Origin: Planctopirus limnophila DSM 3776
GTDB lineage: Bacteria; Planctomycetota; Planctomycetia; Planctomycetales; Planctomycetaceae
Direction: 5' to 3'
DNA: 32,000 nucleotides
NCBI RefSeq assembly: GCF_000092105.1
Contig: NC_014148.1
Span: forward strand, 870,001 to 902,000
Part shown: positions 9,357-18,891 of the stretch, piece by piece
Layout of the letters: the number at the start of each line of letters is the position of its first letter
Numbering within the stretch: position 1 is the stretch's first letter
The notes under the pieces: model-generated
Told to the model about the DNA's origin: nothing
What the model saw: the letters and a program-made list of their open reading frames with translations, nothing else
Database searches by the model: none
Position numbers and translations under genes: made by a program

Positions 9357-10928
9357 CTATCCGGCTGCTCCCTGGATCTTCTCCAACCGCTCACGAGTAT
9401 CTTTATAGCTGTAATCGACAGCCAGCACTTCGTTGTAATGGTTCTCGGCTTTCGTATTGTCTTTCGACTGTTCGTAAAGTCGCGCCAGAATGTAATGGCA
9501 CTCCTTGTAAGGGTCAGGCGTATCCTGAAAGTTCAGTTTGGTAACGGCCTTTTCGAACTGTCGGCGAGCCAGATCATTTCGGCTCTCGGCAAGAAAACAT
9601 TTCCCGAGGTTGACCAGTACTGTGGCCTCATGGCGAGGGTCATTCGCCGCCTGCTGATACAGCGGAATCGCCTGCGGGTACTTTTTCAGGCGGAAGTATC
9701 GCTCTGCCAGTTCGAACTTGATCTTCAGATCAGCCGGATACCGATCAATTCGACGTGTGAACACATCCACTTCCCGGGCAATCAACTCTTTCGCAATTTC
9801 AGCCGCTTTGGCTTTGGCGTTCGCATCCCCCTTTTCGGCAGCATCGCGTAACTGTTCGAGTTGTCGCTTCGTCAGAAGAATCTCGACATCTTCCCATTGC
9901 TCTCGCAAATTGGGATCATTGGAAACTTCCAACCCCTTCTTCAAAATCTCTGCCTGTTCAGAGAACTTTCCTTCCTTGCGGTAATACTCGGCCAGCTTCA
10001 CATAGTGGCCAATATTCTCGGGCTCTTTGCGAATCTGCCTTTGCAAATCCGCCTCGACCGACATCCCCGGCCCGTCGGCTTCTTCCGCTTTCGCCAATCG
10101 ATCATGTTCGTAACCACGCTTCATTTCCTGCGTGTCTTTTGCCTTTTCATACCCACCACGATCAATCGTCTGGCTGGCACCCAACTGCGTAATCTTGGAT
10201 CGATACGAGCCATTCAAAGGCTCCAGCTTGGCCAATCGCTGATAGATACCAACCGCCCCCTGGTAGTTGCCACGCTGCTCGTAAATATCTGCCAGCGAGA
10301 TCAGAAAAGTCTTATTCTCGGGTTCTGATTGAACCGCCTTCTCATAAGCCCAGGTGGCCACCTCTTCAAACCCTCGTTCGCGGCAGCATTCACCCACATC
10401 ATGATTGAACTGCCCATCCCAGGGATTCAGCGCCAGGCCTTCTTCGGCGGCCTTATCCATCTCCGCCCAGTCTTTGGCTGTGCGAGCCTTCTTTACCCGG
10501 CCCCGCAAACTGTTCACCTTCAGGAAAACCATCCGGGCGCCAGTCTTGTTGTTGCCGTATTTCTTCTCCTCGACACCCCGCAAGGCCTGACGATAGTTCA
10601 TAAATTCAGGGAAGAATTGCACGGCATTGCCAAACATCTCGATGGCAAAGTCCCAGTTCTGCCGGGACATCGCCTCCGTCCCCTTTTTCCACCACTCATT
10701 GGCGATTTTTTTCCGGCGGTTATTATCTTCCTGAGTTCCAAAATCGACCATCGCAGGAATCCCGTGAAGTCTCAAAGTAATGTCGTTCAATGCGAATTCA
10801 TCATGACCCAGCCGGATGGACTCCAGACCAGATCTATCGAAAGAGTACACGGGAAGCGAAGATCTTGCCAATCGGCAACTCGACTCACACCCACGCTTTT
10901 GCAGATCGGGCCGGCTGACATTGCTCAA
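9357..10928 (-). CDS. Tetratricopeptide-repeat (TPR) protein
   Basis: 523-aa ORF with many TPR-like helical pairs (for example AIEMFGNAVQFFPEFMNYRQAL, ATWAYEKAVQSEPENKTFLISLADIYEQRGNYQGAVGIYQRLAKLEP, QAIPLYQQAANDPRHEATVLVNLGKCF). The first ~59 codons look non-protein-like; an alternative start is the ATG at 10751 (MVDFGTQEDNN...). Confidence 0.8.
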   Translation of the reverse strand: MSNVSRPDLQKRGCESSCRLARSSLPVYSFDRSGLESIRLGHDEFALNDITLRLHGIPAMVDFGTQEDNNRRKKIANEWWKKGTEAMSRQNWDFAIEMFGNAVQFFPEFMNYRQALRGVEEKKYGNNKTGARMVFLKVNSLRGRVKKARTAKDWAEMDKAAEEGLALNPWDGQFNHDVGECCRERGFEEVATWAYEKAVQSEPENKTFLISLADIYEQRGNYQGAVGIYQRLAKLEPLNGSYRSKITQLGASQTIDRGGYEKAKDTQEMKRGYEHDRLAKAEEADGPGMSVEADLQRQIRKEPENIGHYVKLAEYYRKEGKFSEQAEILKKGLEVSNDPNLREQWEDVEILLTKRQLEQLRDAAEKGDANAKAKAAEIAKELIAREVDVFTRRIDRYPADLKIKFELAERYFRLKKYPQAIPLYQQAANDPRHEATVLVNLGKCFLAESRNDLARRQFEKAVTKLNFQDTPDPYKECHYILARLYEQSKDNTKAENHYNEVLAVDYSYKDTRERLEKIQGAAG

Positions 10929-11083
10929 TCAGCCGCATGATTTCATCACCTGGCGATGTTCCATTCAGCATCTTGCTTTCAAATCACTCGTGCCGCATGA
11001 TCTTCGAGATCTCATCCAAACAAGGTTCCACTTGCTGAGACTCGATCTGGATTGTCGCGATCAAGCTCAAGGATTCACCTGCT

Positions 11084-12121
11084 ATGAAAACCGTCTTTCT
11101 GCTCCACCGTTCCCAAGGGCTGAATCTCCTCACGACGGCACTGCTGTTAGCTGCTGGTACTGGCTTTTCGACGGATTCCGTGGGGATCACCTCCTGCCAC
11201 GCTGCCGGTGAAACCGACGTCACCAAGGTCGATGACGACTTTGCCCTTCAGGGAGAATATCGCGGCGAAGTGACCATCGAAGAAGGCAAAATTCCCGTCG
11301 GAGCACAGGTGATCGCCCGTGGAAAAGGGAAGTTTCGTCTCGTCGGATATCCTCTGGGCCTGCCCGGTGAAGGATGGGATTCCACCCGCAAGCATGAAGT
11401 GGAAGGGTCGCGAACCGGCGAACAGGTCACGTTTCAGGGAGAAGAACTTGCTGGGATCCTCTCAGCCACTGGCATCACCGTCACGAACAGTGACGGCAAC
11501 AAAATTGGCGAGCTCAAAAAAGTCATTCGCAAAAGCCCGACATTGGGAACACAGCCTCCCGAAGGTGCTGTTGTCCTCTTTGACGAAAAAGGGACCAATC
11601 GGTTCCCCGGCAGCAAAATCTCTCCCGAAGGCTGGCTGATGCAGGGGGCGACCAGCGAACCAACTTTTGATGACTTCTCACTCCACCTCGAATTCATGCT
11701 CTCTTACGCGCCGGATAAGCTGGGGCAGGGCCGAAGCAATAGCGGTTTGTATCTGCAGGGCCGCTACGAAGTGCAGATTCTCGATTCTTTTGGCCTCGAA
11801 GGCAAAGACAACGAGTGCGGCGGCATCTATACCGTCAGTGCTCCGGCGGTCAACATGTGCTTCCCGCCTCTGCAATGGCAGACTTACGATGTGGACTTTA
11901 CAGCCGCCCGCTTTGATGAAACTGGCAAGAAGCTTGAAGACGCCAAAGTGACCGTTCGGCACAATGGCACATTGATTCATAAAGACATCAAAGTCCCAAA
12001 AGCGACGACGGCAGCACCACTCCCCGTGAAACCCACACCCGGCCCAATTTTCTTACAGGATCATGGCGATCAGGTACGATTTCGGAATATCTGGGTACTC
12101 CCCAAATCCTCAGCGAAATAA
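11084..12121 (+). CDS. Secreted DUF1080 (3-keto-disaccharide hydrolase-like, concanavalin-type) domain protein
   Basis: 345 aa with a signal-peptide-like N-terminus (MKTVFLLHRSQGLNLLTTALLLAAGTG). DUF1080 hallmarks are present: NSGLYLQGRYEVQILDSFG, ECGGIY, and the C-terminal FLQDHGDQVRFRNIWVLP. Confidence 0.85.
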   Translation: MKTVFLLHRSQGLNLLTTALLLAAGTGFSTDSVGITSCHAAGETDVTKVDDDFALQGEYRGEVTIEEGKIPVGAQVIARGKGKFRLVGYPLGLPGEGWDSTRKHEVEGSRTGEQVTFQGEELAGILSATGITVTNSDGNKIGELKKVIRKSPTLGTQPPEGAVVLFDEKGTNRFPGSKISPEGWLMQGATSEPTFDDFSLHLEFMLSYAPDKLGQGRSNSGLYLQGRYEVQILDSFGLEGKDNECGGIYTVSAPAVNMCFPPLQWQTYDVDFTAARFDETGKKLEDAKVTVRHNGTLIHKDIKVPKATTAAPLPVKPTPGPIFLQDHGDQVRFRNIWVLPKSSAK

Positions 12122-12125
12122 CTTC

Positions 12126-13157
12126 TCACCTGCGGTGAAAGCATTGAGGTAGCGTCAGGATGGCGTCGAAAAGGTCGCGTGTCACGTTGGTTTCAACAGC
12201 CATGCGGGGCACAGCTAAAGAATCGACCCGAGATGCTGTGCCGTAACCTCCAAAATAGGTGAACGACCAGTCGAAGCCGTGATAGGCTAACAGCTCACGG
12301 GTATCGTTGTTAAAACTCCCTCGACCGCCCACCGGGAAGCTGAACCATCGGCACGCTTTACCCAGCTCTTCGGTCAATCGCTGCTGGCAGTTGCCAATCT
12401 CGAAATTCTGTTCATCGCGGGATAGGTTCGCCAGGATCGGGTGAGTGGTGGTATGTCCGCCAAAAGACATCCCGCCACGCTGCATTTCTCGAATCTGGTC
12501 CCAGTTCATCCACAACTTTTCACCGATCAGCTCAGGAGCCCGGCCTGTGCCTAAAGCTTCACCCAGGTAATTCATGAAGAGCTTCGTCCGGCCCCCATTG
12601 AGCGTTTTATAACGCTTCAACAATGTCTTCACAGCTTTCTGACGATCCGGCTCATCAAAAGTGATGGTTTCCATAGACCATTCGCTGGCCGGCAAATGAC
12701 TACGCGGTGATGTCCTGACCATCCAGGCAATCTCATCCCACCAGGGGACGAGATGGTGATCGATAAAGCCGGTTGTCACAAAGAACACGCACGGCGTGTT
12801 GTAGGCTTTCAGAATCGGAAAGGCAAATTCGTAGTTATCAATGTATCCATCATCGAATGTCAACATGACATGCCGACCTCGACGGCTGAAGGCATCTGTC
12901 AGTTCTTCGGGACGAATCACATCAAAGTCGAGACTCACTCTCCTCACCTGGTATTCGAAATCTTCGATCGAAGCGCTCCACAGCTCTCGATCCAGCAAAG
13001 AATTCGAACCATCTCCAACTCGATGGTAATTCAGAATCAAGACACCATTCCACAGAGGGCAACGGCGCAGAATCGGCCCGCACCCTGAGGAACTCAGAGC
13101 CTTAGCGAACAGTTCTTGCTTCGATAATCCCCAAGGCATGCCTATGAATTCCTTCAA
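12126..13157 (-). CDS. Polysaccharide deacetylase (NodB-homology) family protein
   Basis: 343 aa. Contains LTFDDGYIDNYEFAFPILK (the TFDDG motif), FFVTTGFI, and GGHTTTHP (the His-His metal motif). It converges on the DUF1080 gene with only a 4-nt gap. Confidence 0.85.
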   Translation of the reverse strand: MKEFIGMPWGLSKQELFAKALSSSGCGPILRRCPLWNGVLILNYHRVGDGSNSLLDRELWSASIEDFEYQVRRVSLDFDVIRPEELTDAFSRRGRHVMLTFDDGYIDNYEFAFPILKAYNTPCVFFVTTGFIDHHLVPWWDEIAWMVRTSPRSHLPASEWSMETITFDEPDRQKAVKTLLKRYKTLNGGRTKLFMNYLGEALGTGRAPELIGEKLWMNWDQIREMQRGGMSFGGHTTTHPILANLSRDEQNFEIGNCQQRLTEELGKACRWFSFPVGGRGSFNNDTRELLAYHGFDWSFTYFGGYGTASRVDSLAVPRMAVETNVTRDLFDAILTLPQCFHRR

Positions 13158-13782
13158 TTCATCAATCGAGTCGAATCACTCTTCACCAGACCAATTCTTA
13201 GCAGGTATCAACAACCGGCTGAAATGTTGACCTGAAACTTATACCCCACGATTCAAATCTGGCATTCTCGTAAGCTTCGGCTGTTTTCTTTCACCTCTTG
13301 ATGCAAATCGACTGCATTCAGTCTAGTGCGAGTTTCTCGACGGGAGCCTTTAAGAGTGCTCAAGTTTTCAATGATCTCAGATAAATTATATACTTAAAAT
13401 CGTTATTACCGGTCGACACGTTACAATCGATACAAACGACCAATGTCCAACCTGTCGATGATCAACTCGCAAGCTTCATCATTCCCGGTTCCCTGGAGAC
13501 ACATGGCATACGATCAGTCTTCTGTCGGAATGAACTCTTCCAAAGCGAGGGAAAACACTTATTCTTTGCCGTCAAAGTTGGAAGAATCGATACTCTCGTC
13601 GATTCGACTTCGTTCAAATTTCTTGAAGGTGGCATTCGTCATCGGGATGTTTCCAAAACGCAACCTAGGTTCACAATTGTCCCGATCGATCATCCGAAGT
13701 GAGCCCGGGACGTGTGATCACTGTCGCACTCCAGCGGTCAACACCACCAATTCTTCGGACTGGCACCGTGCAGGTAAGTGTC

Positions 13783-16700
13783 ATGCTCGATGCGTTTCAA
13801 TCGGTTTCGCTGTTGTGGGTGATGTGCGCCGCCATTCTCGTCTTCATGATGCAGGGTGGTTTCTGCCTGCTGGAAGCGGGTGTGACCCGCACCAAGAACA
13901 GCATTAACGTCGCGCTGAAAAACCTCACAGACTTTTGCATTTCAGCCATGATCTTCTGGCTGTTTGGCTACGGCATCATGTTCGGCCACTCTGCCTATGG
14001 GTGGATTGGCACTTCTCGCTTCATGCCTGATGAGCAATTCTTCTCCATTGGTAGTACCCCCACAGCGGCCTCGGCCATCGCGTTAGGATTTTTCCTGTTC
14101 CAGATGATGTTCTGCGGAACATCGACCACGATTGTTTCGGGTGCCGTCGCAGAGCGAATTCGCTTCGCCGGGTATCTGGTCCTCACCGTTGTACTTTCCG
14201 GATTGATCTATCCATTGTTTGGTCACTGGGCATGGGGCGGGGCGGATACAGGATCTCCCACCGGTTGGCTGGCAAAACTGGGCTTTGTCGATTTTGCAGG
14301 CTCGACTGTTGTCCACGCCATTGGCGGATGGTTCTCTCTAGCTGCTGTCATCATTATTGGCCCCAGACTGGGACGCTTTGATACCAAAGCTCCTCGCATT
14401 CGTGGACATAACCTCGTTTTGGCAACCTGCGGTGTCATGCTCCTCTGGGTCGGCTGGTTTGGCTTTAATGGCGGCAGCACATTAGCACTCAATTCACAGG
14501 TTCCTCGAATTCTGGTCGCTACCAACCTGGCTGCGATTGCCAGTTGTTTAACAGCTCTCTTTATGGCCTGGTGGATCGAGAAACGTGCCATTGTTGAAAT
14601 GACGCTCAATGGGGCACTGGGCGGGCTCGTGGCCGTGACCGCGTCATGCCACATTATTCCCTTTTGGGGAGCGGTCCTCTTGGGTGTTGGTGCCGGTGTC
14701 ATCTCCGTCGCAGTTACTTATTTACTCGATGATTTCAAGATCGACGATGTCGTCTCTGCAGTTCCTGTTCACGCAGCCTGTGGACTCTTTGGAACCGTCT
14801 TCTGGCCACTCTTTACTCCTGAGCAAAGTTTCCAGCACGGCATGAGTTGCCTGCAGCAGTTTGGTGTGCAGTTGCTGGGCTCCGGGGTCGCGTTTGTCTG
14901 GGCATTTGGTGTCGGTGGAGTCTGTATTTATCTGATTAATAAAGTCATGCCTCTGCGCGTCAGAGCCCGCGACGAAATTGTGGGATTGAACTTTGTCGAA
15001 CATGGGGCTTCCAACGACCTGGCCGAACTAATGAGTACCATGAACGATCATCGGACCCGCGGTGATTTCAGCCAGCATGTCTTTGTTGAGCCCCATAGCG
15101 AAGTCGGCCAGATCGCTGCAGAATACAACCGCGTGCTGGATCGCGTGACGGATGAAATTCGTGCCCGCGAAGAAACCACCCACGCCTTGAAATCGGCCGA
15201 AGAAAAATATCGCAGTATCTTTGAAAACGCCGTCGAAGGGATCTTTCAAACCTCGCCGAGCGGGATCTACATGAATGTGAATCCTGCTCTGGCCAAGATC
15301 TATGGCTACGATTCCCCCAACGATCTGATTGGCTCAATCGGCGACATTTCGAAAGATCTTTATGTCGATCCACAAAGACGGGCTGAGTTCTGCCGTCTGA
15401 TTGAAACGGAAGGGGCCGTCAAAGGTTTTGTCTCGGAAGTTTACAGGCGTGATGGCAGTACCATCTGGATCTCCGAAAACGCTCATCCGGTGAAGAATGC
15501 CGCTGGTCGCATTTTATACTATGAAGGCTCTGTAGAGGATGTCACCGAGGTTCGCCGAGCTGAACAATGGCGAGCAGAAAAAGCCGAAGCTGAAGCTGCT
15601 AACGAAGCTAAAAGCCAATTTCTCGCCAAGATGAGTCACGAAATCCGGACTCCGCTCAACGGTGTCATTGGCATGCTCGACTTGCTTAAAGCCACCTCGC
15701 TCGATGATCGCCAGAAACGCTACGTGACCATCTGTCGTTCATCGGCCGATACCTTGCTGGGTTTAATAAACGATATTCTCGATCTCTCCAAAATCGAGGC
15801 CGGTCGTATGGAACTGGCTCTTGTTGATTTTGATCTGCACCAACTGGTCGAAGATATCTCCGAGATGTTTGTCCATCGTGCGGAAGGTAAAGGAGTCGAG
15901 CTGGCCTGCCATATTGCTCCCGATGTCCCTCAACGAATTGAAGGGGATCCAGAACGGTTGCGGCAGATCCTGGTCAATCTTGTCGGTAACGCTCTCAAGT
16001 TTACTTCTGTCGGCTATGTCCTCATCAAGGTTTCGATGGCTCAATCCCCGACTGGGGAGCATCGCTTGCAGATCCATGTCAAAGATACAGGGATCGGAAT
16101 TTCGCCAGCTCAGCAACAAAAACTCTTCCAGCCCTTTACCCAGGCAGATGTCACCACATCTCGTCGATTTGGCGGTACCGGGTTGGGGCTATCGATCTGC
16201 CGTCAGTTGGCCGACCTGATGCAGGGATCGATACAGATAGAGAGTGCCGTCGGTGTCGGTACGACATTTACTGTCGACCTGCCGTTAACCTCTGCTGAGG
16301 TTTCAAAAGTCGCTCCAGAGCATGAGCCATTAGCCGGACTGCGTGTTCTGCTGGTCGATGATAACGAAATTAACCTCGAAATTCTCAGCGAACATCTGGT
16401 TGCCTGGGGTTGCCGGGTCAGTAAATGCCTCTCGGCAGAGACCGCATTATCGCTATTAAGTAAACCAGCCACCACAGGTCCAGCTTTCTCGATTGCCATT
16501 ATCGATAAGCAAATGCCAGGCTTTGATGGTGAAATGCTCGCTGGCAGCATTCGCAAGTACGCACACCTGGATTCCCTGCGCATTCTCATGCTCACCAGTG
16601 TCGACTTCAGTGATGCAGCAGTGGATGGGATCCCTCCGTGGGATGCGTGGATCAATAAACCTGTCCGGGCAGGACGTCTGCTCGAGATGTTGCAGAAACT

Positions 16701-17751
16701 GCGCGACTACGTTCCTTTAGAAAATGCTCGTGAATTGTCTGCACAACAGCCACTATCAGAAACCAAAACACCTTCTGCGAGAATTTTGATTGCCGACGAT
16801 AATGAGGTCAACCTGATTGTGACCACCGAGCTGGTCAGGTCATTAGGCTTCGATACAGAGACAGCCGCTGATGGGTCAATTGTCCTGGAGAAACTGAAAT
16901 CGCAAACTTATGACCTGATACTTATGGATTGCCAGATGCCGACCCTCGACGGCTTCGAAACCACACGGAAGATTCGAGAAATCGAAAAACAAGCTCAGAA
17001 CGGAGAGCATATTCCGATTGTTGCTTTAACGGCGAACGCTATTCAGGGAGATAACGATCGCTGCCGACAGGCTGGCATGGATGGCTATCTCACAAAGCCG
17101 ATTGACCATGCTCAATTGAGTAACACGTTGTTGCAAATACTGACAACTCATCAGCCGGTTCCACAGCAAGAACACAAAGTTGATATTGAGTTATCCAGCA
17201 ACAAGAATCTGGTAACACAATTGTCCCCGGTCTCTGTAGGAACAATTCCACAAGTAGTGACGGCTATTGAAACGATTTCACCTGCAAAAAATATTACGAA
17301 GTCGATTCTTTCTTCAGTCTCTAGTGATTCCATTGCGATACCAGAGGCCATCATTAATGTTCATCAGCAATCGATCGAAGCGGTGCAATTTCAGGAATTG
17401 GTCAATCGCTGCCGGAGAGATCACGAGTTCGCCCTGAGAGTTCTTCAAAAATTCGCCACCCGGGTACTGGCCGATAAGGCACAATTCGCACTCGCTTTAG
17501 CTGCTGAAGATTCGAAAACTCTCAAATCGTTATCTCACTCCTTGAAAGGTGCCGCAGCTAACGTTGGTGCGACTCGATTGGCCCAATTGGCTGGAAATCT
17601 CGAAGAGCAGATCAGTGACGAGTCTTTAACTGTTCACGAACAGAATCTGAATGACTTATTCAATGAAATTGATACAGTCAGAGAATGGATCGATCGAAAG
17701 CTTCTGGCGGAGCATGCTCCAGCCAGTGCTGCTGGATCGGTGGCTCTCTAG
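13783..17751 (+). CDS. Ammonium-transporter (Amt) domain fused to a PAS / HisKA-HATPase / REC / REC / Hpt hybrid sensor kinase
   Basis: The ORF-track frame is 13699-17751; I prefer the ATG at 13783 (MLDAFQSVSLLWVMCAAILVFMMQGGFCLLEAG, a typical Amt N-terminus). Amt signatures include FVDFAGSTVVHAIGGW (His codon 14314-14316) and VPVHAACGLFG (His 14770-14772). The PAS region spans about 15200-15560. The H-box SHEIRTPLNG has its His at 15637-15639. HATPase N, G1 and G2 boxes are present (NLVGNALKFT, DTGIGIS, GGTGLGLSI). REC1 Asp is at 16504-16506 (IAIIDKQMPGFDG) and REC2 Asp at 16927-16929 (LILMDCQMPTLDG). The Hpt His is at 17536-17538 (SHSLKGAAANVGA). Confidence 0.9.
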   Translation: MLDAFQSVSLLWVMCAAILVFMMQGGFCLLEAGVTRTKNSINVALKNLTDFCISAMIFWLFGYGIMFGHSAYGWIGTSRFMPDEQFFSIGSTPTAASAIALGFFLFQMMFCGTSTTIVSGAVAERIRFAGYLVLTVVLSGLIYPLFGHWAWGGADTGSPTGWLAKLGFVDFAGSTVVHAIGGWFSLAAVIIIGPRLGRFDTKAPRIRGHNLVLATCGVMLLWVGWFGFNGGSTLALNSQVPRILVATNLAAIASCLTALFMAWWIEKRAIVEMTLNGALGGLVAVTASCHIIPFWGAVLLGVGAGVISVAVTYLLDDFKIDDVVSAVPVHAACGLFGTVFWPLFTPEQSFQHGMSCLQQFGVQLLGSGVAFVWAFGVGGVCIYLINKVMPLRVRARDEIVGLNFVEHGASNDLAELMSTMNDHRTRGDFSQHVFVEPHSEVGQIAAEYNRVLDRVTDEIRAREETTHALKSAEEKYRSIFENAVEGIFQTSPSGIYMNVNPALAKIYGYDSPNDLIGSIGDISKDLYVDPQRRAEFCRLIETEGAVKGFVSEVYRRDGSTIWISENAHPVKNAAGRILYYEGSVEDVTEVRRAEQWRAEKAEAEAANEAKSQFLAKMSHEIRTPLNGVIGMLDLLKATSLDDRQKRYVTICRSSADTLLGLINDILDLSKIEAGRMELALVDFDLHQLVEDISEMFVHRAEGKGVELACHIAPDVPQRIEGDPERLRQILVNLVGNALKFTSVGYVLIKVSMAQSPTGEHRLQIHVKDTGIGISPAQQQKLFQPFTQADVTTSRRFGGTGLGLSICRQLADLMQGSIQIESAVGVGTTFTVDLPLTSAEVSKVAPEHEPLAGLRVLLVDDNEINLEILSEHLVAWGCRVSKCLSAETALSLLSKPATTGPAFSIAIIDKQMPGFDGEMLAGSIRKYAHLDSLRILMLTSVDFSDAAVDGIPPWDAWINKPVRAGRLLEMLQKLRDYVPLENARELSAQQPLSETKTPSARILIADDNEVNLIVTTELVRSLGFDTETAADGSIVLEKLKSQTYDLILMDCQMPTLDGFETTRKIREIEKQAQNGEHIPIVALTANAIQGDNDRCRQAGMDGYLTKPIDHAQLSNTLLQILTTHQPVPQQEHKVDIELSSNKNLVTQLSPVSVGTIPQVVTAIETISPAKNITKSILSSVSSDSIAIPEAIINVHQQSIEAVQFQELVNRCRRDHEFALRVLQKFATRVLADKAQFALALAAEDSKTLKSLSHSLKGAAANVGATRLAQLAGNLEEQISDESLTVHEQNLNDLFNEIDTVREWIDRKLLAEHAPASAAGSVAL

Positions 17752-17801
17752 TGTCGTCTATTGGTGATCGTGTGGTTCTCCGGTAACAAGGAGCGTCAGA
17801 G

Positions 17802-18815
17802 ATGAAAATCCTGATTGTTGATGATGACGACATGATCCTCGAAATGCTCGAACATACGTTAGTACCTGCAGGGTACGAGGTCCTTCGTGCCCATAATGGA
17901 ACGACGGCTCTGGAGATTCTTTCGCAAGAACCCTGTCGACTCGTGATTTCTGACTGGGATATGCCCGGCATGAGCGGAATCGACCTCTGCAGAGCCGTCC
18001 GCTCTCAGGACTTCGTCAGCTATGTCTATGTCCTGCTGCTTACCAGCCATAATAGCCGGGAGTCGCTGGTGGAAGGGATGATTGCCGGCGCCGATGATTT
18101 TGTGAACAAACCCTTCGATCCCGAAGAACTTCTGGTGAGGTTAAGAGCCGGAGTCAGAGTTCTCTCGCTGGAAACTCGTGAAGTCCTCATTCACTCGCTC
18201 GCCAAACTCACCGAATCCAGAGATCCGGATACGGGCCACCATCTGGAACGTGTTCAGCATTATTCACGAGTTCTGGCCGATGAATTGAGCCGCTCAGAGC
18301 GTTATCGCGACATGATCGACGCCGAGTTCATCCGTCTGGTCTTCCTCACCAGTCCGCTGCACGATATCGGTAAAGTCGGTGTGCCCGATAGCGTACTCCT
18401 CAAGCCGGGGAAGCTGACGAGTGAAGAATTTGAAGTCATGAAGCGACATACGACGTTAGGCTCGGAAACGCTGTCTTCAGCACTCGAACGCATGCCCGAA
18501 GCCAGATTTCTGCAAGTCGCCCGAGACATCGCTGCCAGCCATCATGAAAAATTCGATGGCTCAGGCTATCCCGCCGGTCTTAAAGGAACAGAGATTCCAC
18601 TGGCTGCCCGGATTGTGGCACTGGCCGATGTCTACGATGCGTTAACCACCAAACGCGTTTACAAGGAAGCCTGTTCTCCCGAAGTCACTCGTGAGATTAT
18701 CGTCAATTCTTCCGGGACTCATTTCGACCCGGATATTGTGGACGCCTTCATCTCCTGCGAGCACATGTTTGATGTGATTCGCGAACAGTTTATGGATATC
18801 TCAAAACTCTCCTGA
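17802..18815 (+). CDS. Response regulator with HD-GYP domain (RpfG-type, predicted c-di-GMP phosphodiesterase)
   Basis: 337 aa. The REC domain has DD (ILIVDDDD), a phospho-acceptor Asp at 17952-17954 (LVISDWDMPGMSG), LLTS and NKPF. The HD-GYP domain has HLERVQHY, SPLHDIGKVGVP (HD at 18360-18365) and HHEKFDGSGYP (GYP at 18564-18572). It starts 50 nt after the kinase stop on the same strand. Confidence 0.92.
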   Translation: MKILIVDDDDMILEMLEHTLVPAGYEVLRAHNGTTALEILSQEPCRLVISDWDMPGMSGIDLCRAVRSQDFVSYVYVLLLTSHNSRESLVEGMIAGADDFVNKPFDPEELLVRLRAGVRVLSLETREVLIHSLAKLTESRDPDTGHHLERVQHYSRVLADELSRSERYRDMIDAEFIRLVFLTSPLHDIGKVGVPDSVLLKPGKLTSEEFEVMKRHTTLGSETLSSALERMPEARFLQVARDIAASHHEKFDGSGYPAGLKGTEIPLAARIVALADVYDALTTKRVYKEACSPEVTREIIVNSSGTHFDPDIVDAFISCEHMFDVIREQFMDISKLS

Positions 18816-18822
18816 GAGAAAC

Positions 18823-18844
18823 GCCTCTCGCTGCCAGAGGTTTT
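18823..18844 (+). terminator. Weak intrinsic-terminator-like hairpin after the HD-GYP gene
   Basis: CCTCT (18823-18827), a 7-nt loop, AGAGG (18835-18839), then TTTTT (18840-18844), beginning 8 nt after the stop codon. The stem is only 5 bp, so support is weak. Confidence 0.3.
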
Positions 18845-18891
18845 TCTATCCCACGGTCGATGCCTTGATAACCGTTTTGAATCGAATGGGC

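Noticed and set aside
10329-10940. 203-aa plus-strand ORF (and several others, 9438-10328) opposite the TPR gene
   Set aside because: The minus-strand frame shows repeated TPR helices over its whole length. The plus-strand ORFs are low-complexity shadow frames.
12121-12126. A 4-nt gap between the convergent DUF1080 and deacetylase genes
   Set aside because: It is real but unremarkable. It only implies overlapping 3' UTRs and leaves no room for a distinct element.
13260-13276. TGGCAT-N-AAGC, and TGGCAC at 13761, as possible sigma-54 promoters for the Amt-kinase operon
   Set aside because: At the first site the GG-to-GC spacing is off by one and the -12 element is poor. At the second there is no GC at the required distance, and it sits only about 20 nt from the ATG.
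13443-13907. 154-aa ORF in the spacer overlapping the start of the Amt-kinase gene
   Set aside because: It is out of frame with the Amt domain and overlaps it by about 125 nt. Its composition is Ser/Arg/Cys-rich and not protein-like, and I see no motif. I treat the region as non-coding leader.
14223-14702. 159-aa antisense ORF within the Amt domain
   Set aside because: It is a shadow frame of a well-supported membrane-domain CDS.
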